Part shown: one piece after another, positions 41,340 through 52,478 of the stretch
How positions within the stretch are numbered: position 1 is the first letter of the stretch
Layout: every line of letters starts with the position of its first letter
Notes under the pieces: model-generated
Database searches by the model: none
The model's input: only the letters and a program-made list of their open reading frames with translations
What the model was told of the DNA's origin: nothing
Assembly (NCBI GenBank): GCA_963805085.1
Contig: CAWDTA010000002.1
Coordinates: 1,984,001-2,048,000 of the forward strand
Length of the DNA stretch: 64,000 nt
Origin: an uncultured Veillonellaceae bacterium
Lineage (GTDB): Bacteria; Bacillota; Negativicutes; JARBTT01
Direction of reading: 5' to 3'
Position numbers and translations under genes: made by a program

Positions 41340-42056
41340 ATGAATAGTATTATTGATCCCTATTTTTTGATGGAGATATTTTGGAAATTGGTAGGCTATA
41401 TCCCAATGACCTTAGGATTAGCGATTACGAGTATGGTTCTTGCCAGCGTATTAGGACTTTTTATGCTGATCATTCGGATGAAGAAGATTCCTGTTTTAAG
41501 TAAATTGGCTGATCTATATGTTTTGTTAGGTAGGGCGTTGCCGACGATGATTATCCTATATATCGTATTTTTCGCTTTACCGATCGCTCTAATGATTTTC
41601 GCTGAAAAGACTGGACAAAAGATCGAAATTAATCAAGTTCCTGCAGTCGTGTTTGCCGTTATTGGTTTGACGATTCACACAGGGGCATACTTAACTGAGG
41701 TTTTTCGCGCTGCGGTGCAATCAGTAGAAAAGGGCCAAATGGAAGCAGCGTATTCTATTGGTATGACTTGGTGGCAAGGTTTTTATCGTATTATCTTTAG
41801 GCAGGCAGCTGTTTTTGCGATGCCATTGATGGCAAATCAATTTCTTAATTTAATCAAAAATACATCCATTGCTTTTATGATTACCGTAATGGAATTATTT
41901 GGGGCGGCTAATGTGATTTGTGCGGACAACAACCGTTATTTAGAAGTTTATATCGTTGTGGCGTTCATTTATTGGGGGATGAGTATTCTTTTTGAAAAAT
42001 TATTCCTAGTAGTTGAGCATAAACTCGCGGTGTTTCAGAAAGGAAGCAACTCATGA
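41340..42056 (+). CDS. Amino acid ABC permease
   Basis: [26 protein letters not shown]. Confidence 0.92.
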   Translation: MNSIIDPYFLMEIFWKLVGYIPMTLGLAITSMVLASVLGLFMLIIRMKKIPVLSKLADLYVLLGRALPTMIILYIVFFALPIALMIFAEKTGQKIEINQVPAVVFAVIGLTIHTGAYLTEVFRAAVQSVEKGQMEAAYSIGMTWWQGFYRIIFRQAAVFAMPLMANQFLNLIKNTSIAFMITVMELFGAANVICADNNRYLEVYIVVAFIYWGMSILFEKLFLVVEHKLAVFQKGSNS

Positions 42057-42808
42057 TTACATTTAAAAATATCCATAAATCTTTTGGTACCAATGAAGTG
42101 CTAAAAGGGATCAATGCTAGCGTACCCACAGGCTCGGTGACTGTAATCTTAGGACCAAGCGGCTCGGGAAAGACGACGCTTTTACGGTCCATTAATTTTC
42201 TGGAAAAGGCCGACCGTGGCGAAATTATTTTAGATGATTTGCACATTGATGTGGAAAAGGTAACCAAACAAGAAATTCACGAGATTCGTCAACGGACAGC
42301 AATGGTTTTCCAGTCTTATAATTTATTTAAAAATAAGACAGCACTTGAAAATATCATGGAGGGGTTAACCGTTGTCAAGAAGATGTCAAAAGCTGTAGCG
42401 AAGGAGAAAGCCTTGGTTTTCTTAGAAAAAGTGGGGCTGGGGAGTAAAGGCGATTTTTATTCACACCAATTATCTGGCGGTCAACAACAACGTGTAGGAA
42501 TTGCTAGAGCTTTGGCACTTAATCCTGAGGTGATTTTATTTGATGAGCCAACTTCAGCTCTTGATCCCGAACTCGTGGGTGAAGTGCTGGAAGTTATGAA
42601 AAAAATAGCGCAAGAGGTCAATTGTACGATGGTCGTAGTTACGCACGAAATTGGTTTTGCCCGCGAAGTAGCCGATCATGTCATTTTTATGGATGGTGGC
42701 GTCATCGTCGAAGAGGGGGCACCACAAAAAATTCTCGTGTCACCAGAAAATGAGCGCACAAAGCAATTCTTGGCGCGTTATGTGTCATTTACGGAATATA
42801 ATATTTAA
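42053..42808 (+). CDS. Amino acid ABC ATP-binding protein
   Basis: [33 protein letters not shown]. Confidence 0.95.
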   Translation: MITFKNIHKSFGTNEVLKGINASVPTGSVTVILGPSGSGKTTLLRSINFLEKADRGEIILDDLHIDVEKVTKQEIHEIRQRTAMVFQSYNLFKNKTALENIMEGLTVVKKMSKAVAKEKALVFLEKVGLGSKGDFYSHQLSGGQQQRVGIARALALNPEVILFDEPTSALDPELVGEVLEVMKKIAQEVNCTMVVVTHEIGFAREVADHVIFMDGGVIVEEGAPQKILVSPENERTKQFLARYVSFTEYNI

Positions 42809-42843
42809 TGAAAAAATAGCAAGGATAGTTGGAGGAAGAAAAA

Positions 42844-43494
42844 ATGACGACGAAATCAAAAGAAAATCTTTGTCTTACTTGTACGGACTGTGGGACAGCG
42901 AGCTGTAGCAAAGGAGACGGGCGGTATCCAGAGTTTTGTTTAACGACCCAGTTGACGGATAAAGAAATCGAAAAAATCGTAGATCTTTATAATAATGATG
43001 AAGAAGTACGCAAAATTGCCATTGCTGGGGCTGAAGTGGAGGGCGGATTCTATGGACAATATACAAGAGTCGAAGAAATTATGGAATTTGCCAGAAGAAT
43101 CGGCGCAAAAAAAATTGGTATCGCCACTTGTTCTGGACTAATGAATGAAAGCAGAATCTTTGCGAAAATTTTGAAAGTGCATGGTTTTGAAGTTTTTGGT
43201 GTAGCTTGCAAAATTGGTGCGATACCAAAAACGAAGATTAATATACAAGAAGAATATATTAGAACGCCGGGTGCAAGTGCCTGTAATCCAGTGATGCAAG
43301 CAAAACTGCTCAATAAAAATAAAACAGATTTAAATGTTGTTGTTGGACTTTGCGTGGGACATGACAGCCTGTTTTATAGATATTCCAAAGCAGTAACGAC
43401 CACTTTGGTTACAAAAGATAGAATCACTGGGCACAATCCAGTAGCAGCGCTTTATACGGCACAAAGTTACTATAAAAAATTATTAAGCGAATAA
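42844..43494 (+). CDS. DUF1847 Cys-rich protein
   Basis: TRVEEI, GIATCSGL, CNPVMQA, GLCVGHDSLF, KDRITGHNP. Confidence 0.85.
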   Translation: MTTKSKENLCLTCTDCGTASCSKGDGRYPEFCLTTQLTDKEIEKIVDLYNNDEEVRKIAIAGAEVEGGFYGQYTRVEEIMEFARRIGAKKIGIATCSGLMNESRIFAKILKVHGFEVFGVACKIGAIPKTKINIQEEYIRTPGASACNPVMQAKLLNKNKTDLNVVVGLCVGHDSLFYRYSKAVTTTLVTKDRITGHNPVAALYTAQSYYKKLLSE

Positions 43495-43889
43495 AATCAT
43501 AGAACCAATTTTACTTAAAATTGTTAACAAAAAATTGTTAACCATTTTTTGTGCGATTTTCTTTACTAAGCTAGGTAAAAGGTGGTAATATTACTGTAAT
43601 TACAAAGGAAAAATAAAAAAATTAAAATTAATAAAAAACAAAAAATTTAAGGCTTTTTGCCATAGAAAATTAACTATAGTGTGAAAAAGTAGACTTAAAA
43701 GTTTAATATTATGCACTATTTTTCACAAATGCATAAATTATACTTATTTCTGTTTATTCTGAATTTAGCATAATTATGGTTTATGTAAAATAAATGTTTT
43801 ACTTATCGTAAAAAACAGTGTAAAATAATACATAACGGATGTAATAATTTACATACTATAGTTATCATAAATTTCTAGGGGGATTTTAA

Positions 43890-45176
<1,287 letters not shown>

Positions 45177-45187
45177 TAAGCTAGGAG

Positions 45188-45235
45188 ACAGCGTAAAGCA
45201 TAGAAGATACTTCCATGGCTTTGCGCTGTTTTTTT
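45188..45235 (+). terminator. Intrinsic terminator after eno
   Basis: acagcgtaaagc...gctttgcgctgt followed by T-run. Confidence 0.75.
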
Positions 45236-45372
45236 GCAGTTACTAAACTATATAAAGATAAGCAATTTTTGTCTTGGGTAACATGTTACGTGAGACTTAA
45301 ATATATAATATTTTTATGGTGATTTACATCTCTAAGGCTTAAAAAAATTTAGTAATAGGGTAGGGATTTTGA

Positions 45373-46785
45373 ATGCTAAAGAAAACAAAAATCGTTTGTA
45401 CAATGGGGCCTAGTGTTGAAAGACAAGGTGTTCTTGATGGTTTAATCGAAAATGGTATGAATGTAGCACGTTTTAATTTCTCTCATGGAACACATGAAGA
45501 GCAAGGCGAGCGTATGAAAGCAGTAAGAGCAGCAGCGAAAAAAGCTGGTAAAGTTATTTCTATGATGCTTGATACTAAAGGACCCGAAATGCGTCTTGGT
45601 AAATTTGCAGCAGGTAAAGTGCAATTAGTAGAAGGTAAAAAATTTACTTTAACTTATGAAGATACGGATGGCGATGAAACTCATGCTTCTGTTAGTCATA
45701 AGGCACTTTATAAAGAAGTAAAACCGGATGATATTATCTTACTTTCTGATGGTCTGGTTAGTTTGCATGTGGATGAAATCGTTGGCAAGGATATCGTTAC
45801 GACTGTTTTAAATAGTGGTCAAATGGGAAATTTAAAACGTGTTGCTGCTCCGGGTGTATCCGTTAGCTTACCGCCAATCTCTGATCGCGATGTACAAGAC
45901 ATCCTTTTTGGTATTAGTCAAGATATGGACTTTATTGCAGCTTCCTTTATCCAACGTGCTGCGGATGTTCATACAATTCGTAAATTGATCAAAGAAAACG
46001 GCGGGCATATGGAAATCATCCCTAAAATCGAAAATATGGAAGGCGTAAACAATATCGATTCCATTATCGAAGCTTCTGATGGTATCATGGTTGCTCGTGG
46101 TGACCTTGGTGTTGAAATCCCAGCAGAAGATGTTCCATTGATCCAAAAAATGATCATCGATAAATGTAATAAAGTTGGTAAACCAGTTATTGTTGCAACA
46201 CAAATGTTGGAATCAATGATTACGAACCCTCGTCCAACAAGAGCAGAAGCAAGTGACGTTGCTAACGCAATTCTTGATGGTACGGATGCAATTATGTTAA
46301 GTGGTGAAACTGCTAGCGGTGACTATCCTGTTGAAGCAGTTCAAACCATGAATAAAATTGCGCAACGTATTGAAGCATCCTTAAAATACAAGAAAATGTA
46401 TATGAATAAAGGTTTTGAACTTCAAGAATCCACTACTTCCGCAATTGCACATGCGACAGTACAAATGGCTTATGAATTAGACGCAGCTGCAATTATCACA
46501 CCAACACAAAGCGGTTACACGACAAAAGTTGTTTCAAAATACCGTCCAAAAGCAGCAATTGTAGCGTTCTCTGAAGATGAAGTGATTGCTCGTCATCTAA
46601 ACTTACGCTGGGGTGTATATTCCATCGTTGGTAAACCATGGCATAGTGTAGATGAAATGATTTCTAGTGCAACACAAAGTGCAGTGAAAGAAAACTATGT
46701 GAAAAATGGTGATATCACTGTTATTACTTCAGGTATTACTTATGGACAAGGTAATACTAGCATGATTCGCGTATACACTATCTAA
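45373..46785 (+). CDS. pyk: Pyruvate kinase
   Basis: KTKIVCTMGP, NFSHG, MVARGDLGVE, ATQMLESM, MLSGETA. Confidence 0.98.
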   Translation: MLKKTKIVCTMGPSVERQGVLDGLIENGMNVARFNFSHGTHEEQGERMKAVRAAAKKAGKVISMMLDTKGPEMRLGKFAAGKVQLVEGKKFTLTYEDTDGDETHASVSHKALYKEVKPDDIILLSDGLVSLHVDEIVGKDIVTTVLNSGQMGNLKRVAAPGVSVSLPPISDRDVQDILFGISQDMDFIAASFIQRAADVHTIRKLIKENGGHMEIIPKIENMEGVNNIDSIIEASDGIMVARGDLGVEIPAEDVPLIQKMIIDKCNKVGKPVIVATQMLESMITNPRPTRAEASDVANAILDGTDAIMLSGETASGDYPVEAVQTMNKIAQRIEASLKYKKMYMNKGFELQESTTSAIAHATVQMAYELDAAAIITPTQSGYTTKVVSKYRPKAAIVAFSEDEVIARHLNLRWGVYSIVGKPWHSVDEMISSATQSAVKENYVKNGDITVITSGITYGQGNTSMIRVYTI

Positions 46786-46927
46786 AACTTTAAATACGAG
46801 GACAGACAGGTGTCGGGCAGGCGATAAGCACTCATCTGCGTTGTTGCATAAATGTGCCTAGCAGCTAAGTACTTCTCAACAGCCGGCAACCTATCTTCGT
46901 ACTAGTTTAGAAGTGGTACGAAGATAG
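46776..46927. repeat. Dispersed structured repeat, copy 3
   Basis: ataagcactcatctgcgttgttg...gcctagcagctaagtacttct...acctatcttcgtactagttta; homologous to 16415-16552. Confidence 0.8.
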
Positions 46928-47084
46928 AAAAAAATTCTTTATTCGTACAACGTTTATTTGTTTACATGATGGGATAGACTGTTGCTAAGGCAACAGTCTA
47001 TTTTTATCTTTGCTTTTCTTGCGAAGGTGAGATGGTTTATGGTATTATAGTATGTAATATATTTATTTAAGGAGGTGCGTAATC

Positions 47085-47315
47085 TTGATCCAAGCATTAA
47101 TGATATTAGATGCTGTTGTTTGTATCGCGCTTATTGCATCCGTTGTCTTGCAATCAAGTAAAAGTTCAGGTATGGGCGGTTCGATCTCTGGTGGCGCGGA
47201 TGCGGTTTTCGGTGGTAAAGCCAAAGGTCTTGATGCTTTCTTAATTAGAGTAACAATGATCTTGGCAGCACTATTTGGAATTATTACATTACTAATCGCA
47301 AAATTATCGATATAA
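47085..47315 (+). CDS. secG: Preprotein translocase subunit SecG
   Basis: VVLQSSKSSGMGGSISGGA, two TM helices, AGGAGG RBS, secG-est-rnr-smpB synteny. Confidence 0.95.
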   Translation: MIQALMILDAVVCIALIASVVLQSSKSSGMGGSISGGADAVFGGKAKGLDAFLIRVTMILAALFGIITLLIAKLSI

Positions 47316-47594
47316 TGAAATAATGTAGCTGTTAACGCTTTAGTTTTACCTCGTGTAGAAATTAGAGCGTTTTTGGTATTTATAGGGCTTAAAATGGAGT
47401 ATTGCAAGTAAATAATTTTGTAATGCTCCATTTTAATTTAAAAAGTTTATTTTTACATTATTTTGTAGTTTTTTTGTTGGATAAATTGCATAAACTACAT
47501 ATAAGATAGAATCACATATAAGAAAAATTTTCTAATTTCATAAATAGATAGTATAATAGAAATAAAGTTGATTTTGGGGCCGGAGGTAGCAGGA

Positions 47595-48344
47595 TTGGCA
47601 GCAATATTAGATGGAGCAGAACCATTCATATTATTTGGAGATAAACGAGGCGTTTTATTGGTGCATGGGTTTACTGGAACGCCAGCGGAAATGTTTTTGC
47701 TAGGAAAGCACCTAAACGAACAAGGGTATACGGTACTTGCTCCGAGATTGTGTGGACATGGGACAAACCTTGAGGAAATGGCAAAAACAGATTGGGAAAA
47801 TTGGTATCATTCAGTCTGTGATGGCTATCATTTGCTAAAAAATATTTGCGATGAAGTAGACGTTGTTGGGCTATCAATGGGGGGCATCCTTTCCCTAAAA
47901 CTTGCAATGGAGTACGAAGTAAATACGGTAGTGACACTCAGTGCGCCGATCCATGTAGCCAATCGAGGGGTTGAGCTATTACCACCAATCGAAGAATGTA
48001 CTGGTAAGTATGTACCCAAAAAACGACGTAAATTTACCGATGTCGCACAGCAATATTGCATTACCTATGATCGCACTCCCATTGTCTGTGTGCATCATTT
48101 GCTCAATGTGATCAAATCAGTTTCAGCAGACTTAGGTAATTTAAAGAATCAAGTATTAATCGTGCAAAGTACAAACGATCATACTGTAGTCGCAGATAGC
48201 GCAACTTTTATTTATGATCATGTTGGTAGTGAAAAGAAAGAACTCTTTTGGTTAAATGAGTCAGGACATTTGGTCACCTTAGATATGGAAAAAGAAAAGG
48301 TATTTGAAAAAATAGTAAACTTTCTTAAAGAATCAGTAAAATAG
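47595..48344 (+). CDS. Carboxylesterase (Est/YvaK-like)
   Basis: LLVHGFTGTP, GLSMGG, SGHLVT. Confidence 0.9.
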   Translation: MAAILDGAEPFILFGDKRGVLLVHGFTGTPAEMFLLGKHLNEQGYTVLAPRLCGHGTNLEEMAKTDWENWYHSVCDGYHLLKNICDEVDVVGLSMGGILSLKLAMEYEVNTVVTLSAPIHVANRGVELLPPIEECTGKYVPKKRRKFTDVAQQYCITYDRTPIVCVHHLLNVIKSVSADLGNLKNQVLIVQSTNDHTVVADSATFIYDHVGSEKKELFWLNESGHLVTLDMEKEKVFEKIVNFLKESVK

Positions 48345-48370
48345 AATCAAGGGTAATGGAGGAAGTTCTT

Positions 48371-50728
48371 ATGTTAAAAGAAAAAATCTTAGACTATATG
48401 CGCAATGAGACGTATAAACCTTTGACGGCGGAAGATTTAGCGGAAGGTTTAGAGCTGACTGGTGATGACCTAAAAGAGTTTTGGGGTCTCTTGGACGAGC
48501 TCGAGCAAAATGCTGACATTATTAAAACGCGTCATGATAAATATGGCACACCAGAACGGATGAACTTGGTCGTAGGTAGAATGAGTATGACCAGCAAAGG
48601 GTTTGGCTTTGTTATCCCCGAAGTTCGTCAAACACCAGAGGAAAGTGATGTGTTTATTCCAATCGCCCTTATGTTAAGTGCGATGAATAACGATCGGGTT
48701 GTTGCTAGAGTGAATCGTATGGGTGGTACGGGAAAAACACGTGAAGGTGAAATCATCCGCGTTGTTAAACGGGCCAATACGAAAATCGTTGGTACCTTTG
48801 AAAATAGTAAAAGCTTTGGCTTTGTTGTACCAGATGATACAAAAATCGCCCAAGATATCTTTATTAGTAGAGATAACTTTCTAGGTGCAAAAATCGGGGC
48901 AAAAGTAGTGGTGGAGATTACAAAATGGCCAGAACCCCGCCGTAATGCCGAGGGAAAGATCATCGAAGTTCTCGGTTATGTGGGCGATCCAGGTCTTGAT
49001 ATATTATCCGTCATCAAAAAACATGATTTACCGATGGAATTTCCTGCGGCAGTAGAAGATGCGGCCAATCACACACCAACGGTGATTAGTCCAGCGGAAA
49101 TTGAAGGTAGACATGATTTACGCGATTTTAAAATCGTGACCATTGATGGTGATGATGCGAAGGATTTGGATGATGGTGTTTATGTAGAAAAACGTGCAAA
49201 CAATACCTTCTTCCTCAGCGTGCATATTGCCGATGTTAGTTATTATGTGCGCGAAAATATGCCACTTGATGAGGAAGCATATGCCCGCGGCACTAGTATT
49301 TACTTAGTAGACCGTGTATTGCCGATGTTGCCACCACGTCTCTCTAATGGCATTTGTAGCTTAAATGAAGGCGAAGATCGCCTAGCAATGTCGATTGAGA
49401 TGGAAATCGATGCAAGTGGTAAAGTTACTAGACATGAAATTTTCCCAAGTGTAATCAAAGTATATCGTCGTTTGACGTACAATATCGTAAGGAAGATACT
49501 CGTAGATAAAGAAGAAGATCTTCGCAAAGATAATGAAGATATCCTAGAAGAGCTAGAAGATATGGAAGCGCTTTGCCACGTTCTTAGAAAACGTCGCATG
49601 AATCGCGGTGCGATTGACTTTGACTTCCCAGAAATAAAAGTAAAATTAGATAGTGAAGGCAAACCAATAAAATTAGTTAAACGCGTTCGTTCTTTATCTG
49701 AGTCGATTATCGAAGAATGTATGCTCGTTGCCAACGAAACAGTGGCAGAGCATATGTCAAAACTAAAAGTGCCATTTATCTATCGGGTGCATGAAGAGCC
49801 AGATGCCGCTAAGTTAGAAAAATTGAATGCACTCTTAGCGACCTTTGGACAACATGTGATCAAAAAACAAGACGAGGACATCGATCCCGCTTTATTGCAA
49901 AAAGTATTAAAAGAAGTAGCTGGACGCCCCGAAGAGCGGATTATCAGTACGGTCATGTTACGTTCCTTAAAACAGGCACGTTACGAAGCGCAAAACCTCG
50001 GTCACTTTGGCCTTGCGGCAGAGTTCTACACCCATTTTACTTCACCAATTCGTCGTTATCCTGACTTAATCGTTCATCGTTTATTACGTGAAACCTTTAA
50101 AACAGGAACAATCCCGCAAAAACGCCAAGATAAATTCAAAACGATTTTACCGCAGATTGCGGTGCATACCTCGGCGCGTGAACGTTTGGCTGCGGAAGCT
50201 GAACGCGAAACTGTTGATATGAAGAAAATCGAATACATGGCACAATTTATTGGGGAAGAATTTGATGGTATTATCAATGGTGTTACTGCCTTCGGTATTT
50301 TCATTGAACTTGAAAATGGCGTAGAAGGCTTAGTCCGTGTATCGAGTATGGAAGATGACTATTATCAATATGTGGAAGAGCAATATGCGCTGATCGGTGA
50401 ACGGACGAAAAAAGTGTATCGTCTCGGTGAACCAGCACGCGTTATCCTAACGCAAGCAAATGTTGAAACACGCACGATTGATTTCATTTTAGCGGATAAT
50501 GGAACCTATATTCCGATGCCGATTGTTCAAAAGCCAAAATTTGTGTTCAAAGAAGGCCAAGAAAAACCAAATGATAAGAACCCAAAATTAAAAACGACGG
50601 ATAAGCAGCAAGGTGATAAATACTATAATAAATTTAAAAATAAATCGAAATCTAAGAAAAAAACGGTACAGGCACATCCAGTAAAAGCAAAATCTAAAAC
50701 GAAAACAAAACATAAAAATAAAGTATAA
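48371..50728 (+). CDS. rnr: Ribonuclease R
   Basis: TIDGDDAKDLDD, HIADVS, YTHFTSPIRRYPDL, S1 domain, basic tail. Confidence 0.97.
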   Translation: MLKEKILDYMRNETYKPLTAEDLAEGLELTGDDLKEFWGLLDELEQNADIIKTRHDKYGTPERMNLVVGRMSMTSKGFGFVIPEVRQTPEESDVFIPIALMLSAMNNDRVVARVNRMGGTGKTREGEIIRVVKRANTKIVGTFENSKSFGFVVPDDTKIAQDIFISRDNFLGAKIGAKVVVEITKWPEPRRNAEGKIIEVLGYVGDPGLDILSVIKKHDLPMEFPAAVEDAANHTPTVISPAEIEGRHDLRDFKIVTIDGDDAKDLDDGVYVEKRANNTFFLSVHIADVSYYVRENMPLDEEAYARGTSIYLVDRVLPMLPPRLSNGICSLNEGEDRLAMSIEMEIDASGKVTRHEIFPSVIKVYRRLTYNIVRKILVDKEEDLRKDNEDILEELEDMEALCHVLRKRRMNRGAIDFDFPEIKVKLDSEGKPIKLVKRVRSLSESIIEECMLVANETVAEHMSKLKVPFIYRVHEEPDAAKLEKLNALLATFGQHVIKKQDEDIDPALLQKVLKEVAGRPEERIISTVMLRSLKQARYEAQNLGHFGLAAEFYTHFTSPIRRYPDLIVHRLLRETFKTGTIPQKRQDKFKTILPQIAVHTSARERLAAEAERETVDMKKIEYMAQFIGEEFDGIINGVTAFGIFIELENGVEGLVRVSSMEDDYYQYVEEQYALIGERTKKVYRLGEPARVILTQANVETRTIDFILADNGTYIPMPIVQKPKFVFKEGQEKPNDKNPKLKTTDKQQGDKYYNKFKNKSKSKKKTVQAHPVKAKSKTKTKHKNKV

Positions 50729-50939
50729 GAGCATTTAAAGAATAGATGAAATGCAATGAAAATCAACAAGTCGGCAAGAGACGAATCTATAGATTGTGCT
50801 GATTCATAGACCGCAATGAAGGCTAAACTCCCTGCGGTCAAACAGAAAGCCTTCAAAGCTACGTGGTAGTAAGGATTCGTCTGTGTTGCCTTTATTGAAC
50901 GATTTTCTTTTGCATCTCATCTATATTTAAGTGTTTATA
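50724..50939. repeat. Long imperfect palindromic element (MITE-like)
   Basis: Nested inverted repeats tagatgaaatgcaatgaaaatc/gattttcttttgcatctcatcta, gacgaatc/gattcgtc, tgaaggct/agccttca. Confidence 0.7.
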
Positions 50940-51042
50940 GTTTGGTCTAAAGAGTAACAAAAATGAGATTTATTTGCTGCGAAAATACATATTTGTTATA
51001 ATGGACGTAAAGTTAGGTGCAATGCACCGCTGAGGTGAGAAA

Positions 51043-51519
51043 ATGGGAAAAGCAAATGAAGGCATAAAGATTGCATCAGAAAATCGTAAAGCAAGACATG
51101 ATTATCATATTCATGAGGCTTTTGAAACAGGCATGGTATTGACCGGAACAGAAGTAAAATCCCTGAGAGCCGGTAAAGCCAATTTAAAAGATAGTTACGC
51201 AAACATCAGAGAGGGCGAAGTATATTTATATAACATGCATATCAGTCCGTATGAAGAAGGCAATCAATTTAACCACGAACCACTTCGTCCGCGTAAACTA
51301 TTGATGCATAAATCGGAAATCGTCAAACTGTTTAGTCAAACTCGGGAAAAAGGGTTTACGCTAATACCGCTGAAGATATATTTCAAACATGGTATGGCGA
51401 AACTAGAACTGGGTCTTGCTAGTGGTAAGAAAAACTATGACAAGCGTCAGGATTTAGCTGACCGCGATGCAAAACGTGAAGTCGATCGTGCGCTAAAAGA
51501 CAGACAACGTGACTATTAA
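51043..51519 (+). CDS. smpB: SsrA-binding protein
   Basis: [31 protein letters not shown]. Confidence 0.98.
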   Translation: MGKANEGIKIASENRKARHDYHIHEAFETGMVLTGTEVKSLRAGKANLKDSYANIREGEVYLYNMHISPYEEGNQFNHEPLRPRKLLMHKSEIVKLFSQTREKGFTLIPLKIYFKHGMAKLELGLASGKKNYDKRQDLADRDAKREVDRALKDRQRDY

Positions 51520-51620
51520 AAAATGCTAGAATGACAGTATCAACCAATTGTATTTTGATACTCTTTGTGTTATACTATCAGTTACGGTACAGAAAAATGA
51601 TACCGTCAACTACTTTAATC

Positions 51621-51974
51621 GGGGGCGTAATGGTTTCGACGGGGGTAGGTGTAGCATAGGTAGCGAGTCGGGGGTTCATCAACCCGTTAGTAAGGTGAAA
51701 CTTTTATTTAAATATAAAAGCAAACAACGAATACGCTTTAGCAGCTTAATGCTAACCTCTTTCTGACCTAATCCTGCGGGGTTGGAAAAGAGGTCAATTA
51801 GCGGGATACCTGATAGCCAATTCTCGGAGGCTTGACTGGGAAATATATCGAGATAGTATCTGCGAAGCCTGCTTGTGGGCGTCAACGATGTGAATTTCAA
51901 AGCACAAGAAGCACTCGGAGAACCCTATGAGACAATGCTTTCGGACAGGAGTTCGATTCTCCTCGCCTCCACCA
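51621..51974 (+). ncRNA. ssrA: tmRNA; tag (A)ANNEYALAA at 51720-51749
   Basis: 5' GGGGGCGTAATGGTTTCGAC, 3' GTTCGATTCTCCTCGCCTCCACCA; tag ends ALAA*; adjacent to smpB. Confidence 0.97.
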
Positions 51975-51995
51975 ATTAAATACTGAAATAAATTG

Positions 51996-52020
51996 AACCC
52001 GCGAATTTCGCGGGTTTTTT
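51996..52020 (+). terminator. ssrA terminator
   Basis: aacccgcgaa-t-ttcgcgggtt followed by T-run. Confidence 0.85.
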
Positions 52021-52478
52021 GCTGTGCTTTTTTGTAGGTATCTGTTATTTAATGCATAATGTGACTTAAACAGTAGTACCATGCCCGCTTTTAGTTCATC
52101 ACAGATGGAAAATACAGTCTTGTGGCTGTTTTTTACAAGAATCGTTGCCGTCTCCCGATTCGTTCTATTCATTGAATACGAGAAATAGTTAAAATCATTC
52201 GTCTACTTACCCATCGAACTTTGATTACAAATAAATGAAAAAATGTCATATGTTAGAAGGAAATTATTTTGATATAGCGAATGTAAAGAGTTAAGTTGAT
52301 TTTTTCAATATGATACGTGCTAAGATGTTTGCTCCTTGGCGTAACGTAAATAATGGACTACCATAAATTGGGCTTAGAAGGGATAAAACACGGAACATGT
52401 CCTCATTTTTTATTCAGGGATCTATTTCAATTGTAATCATAAGTTGACAAATCATGATTTCAGAAGGAGTGATCACCA

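Noticed and set aside
47063-47431. 122-aa minus-strand ORF
   Set aside because: Antisense shadow of secG.
51548-51900. ORFs overlapping ssrA
   Set aside because: Explained by the tmRNA gene.
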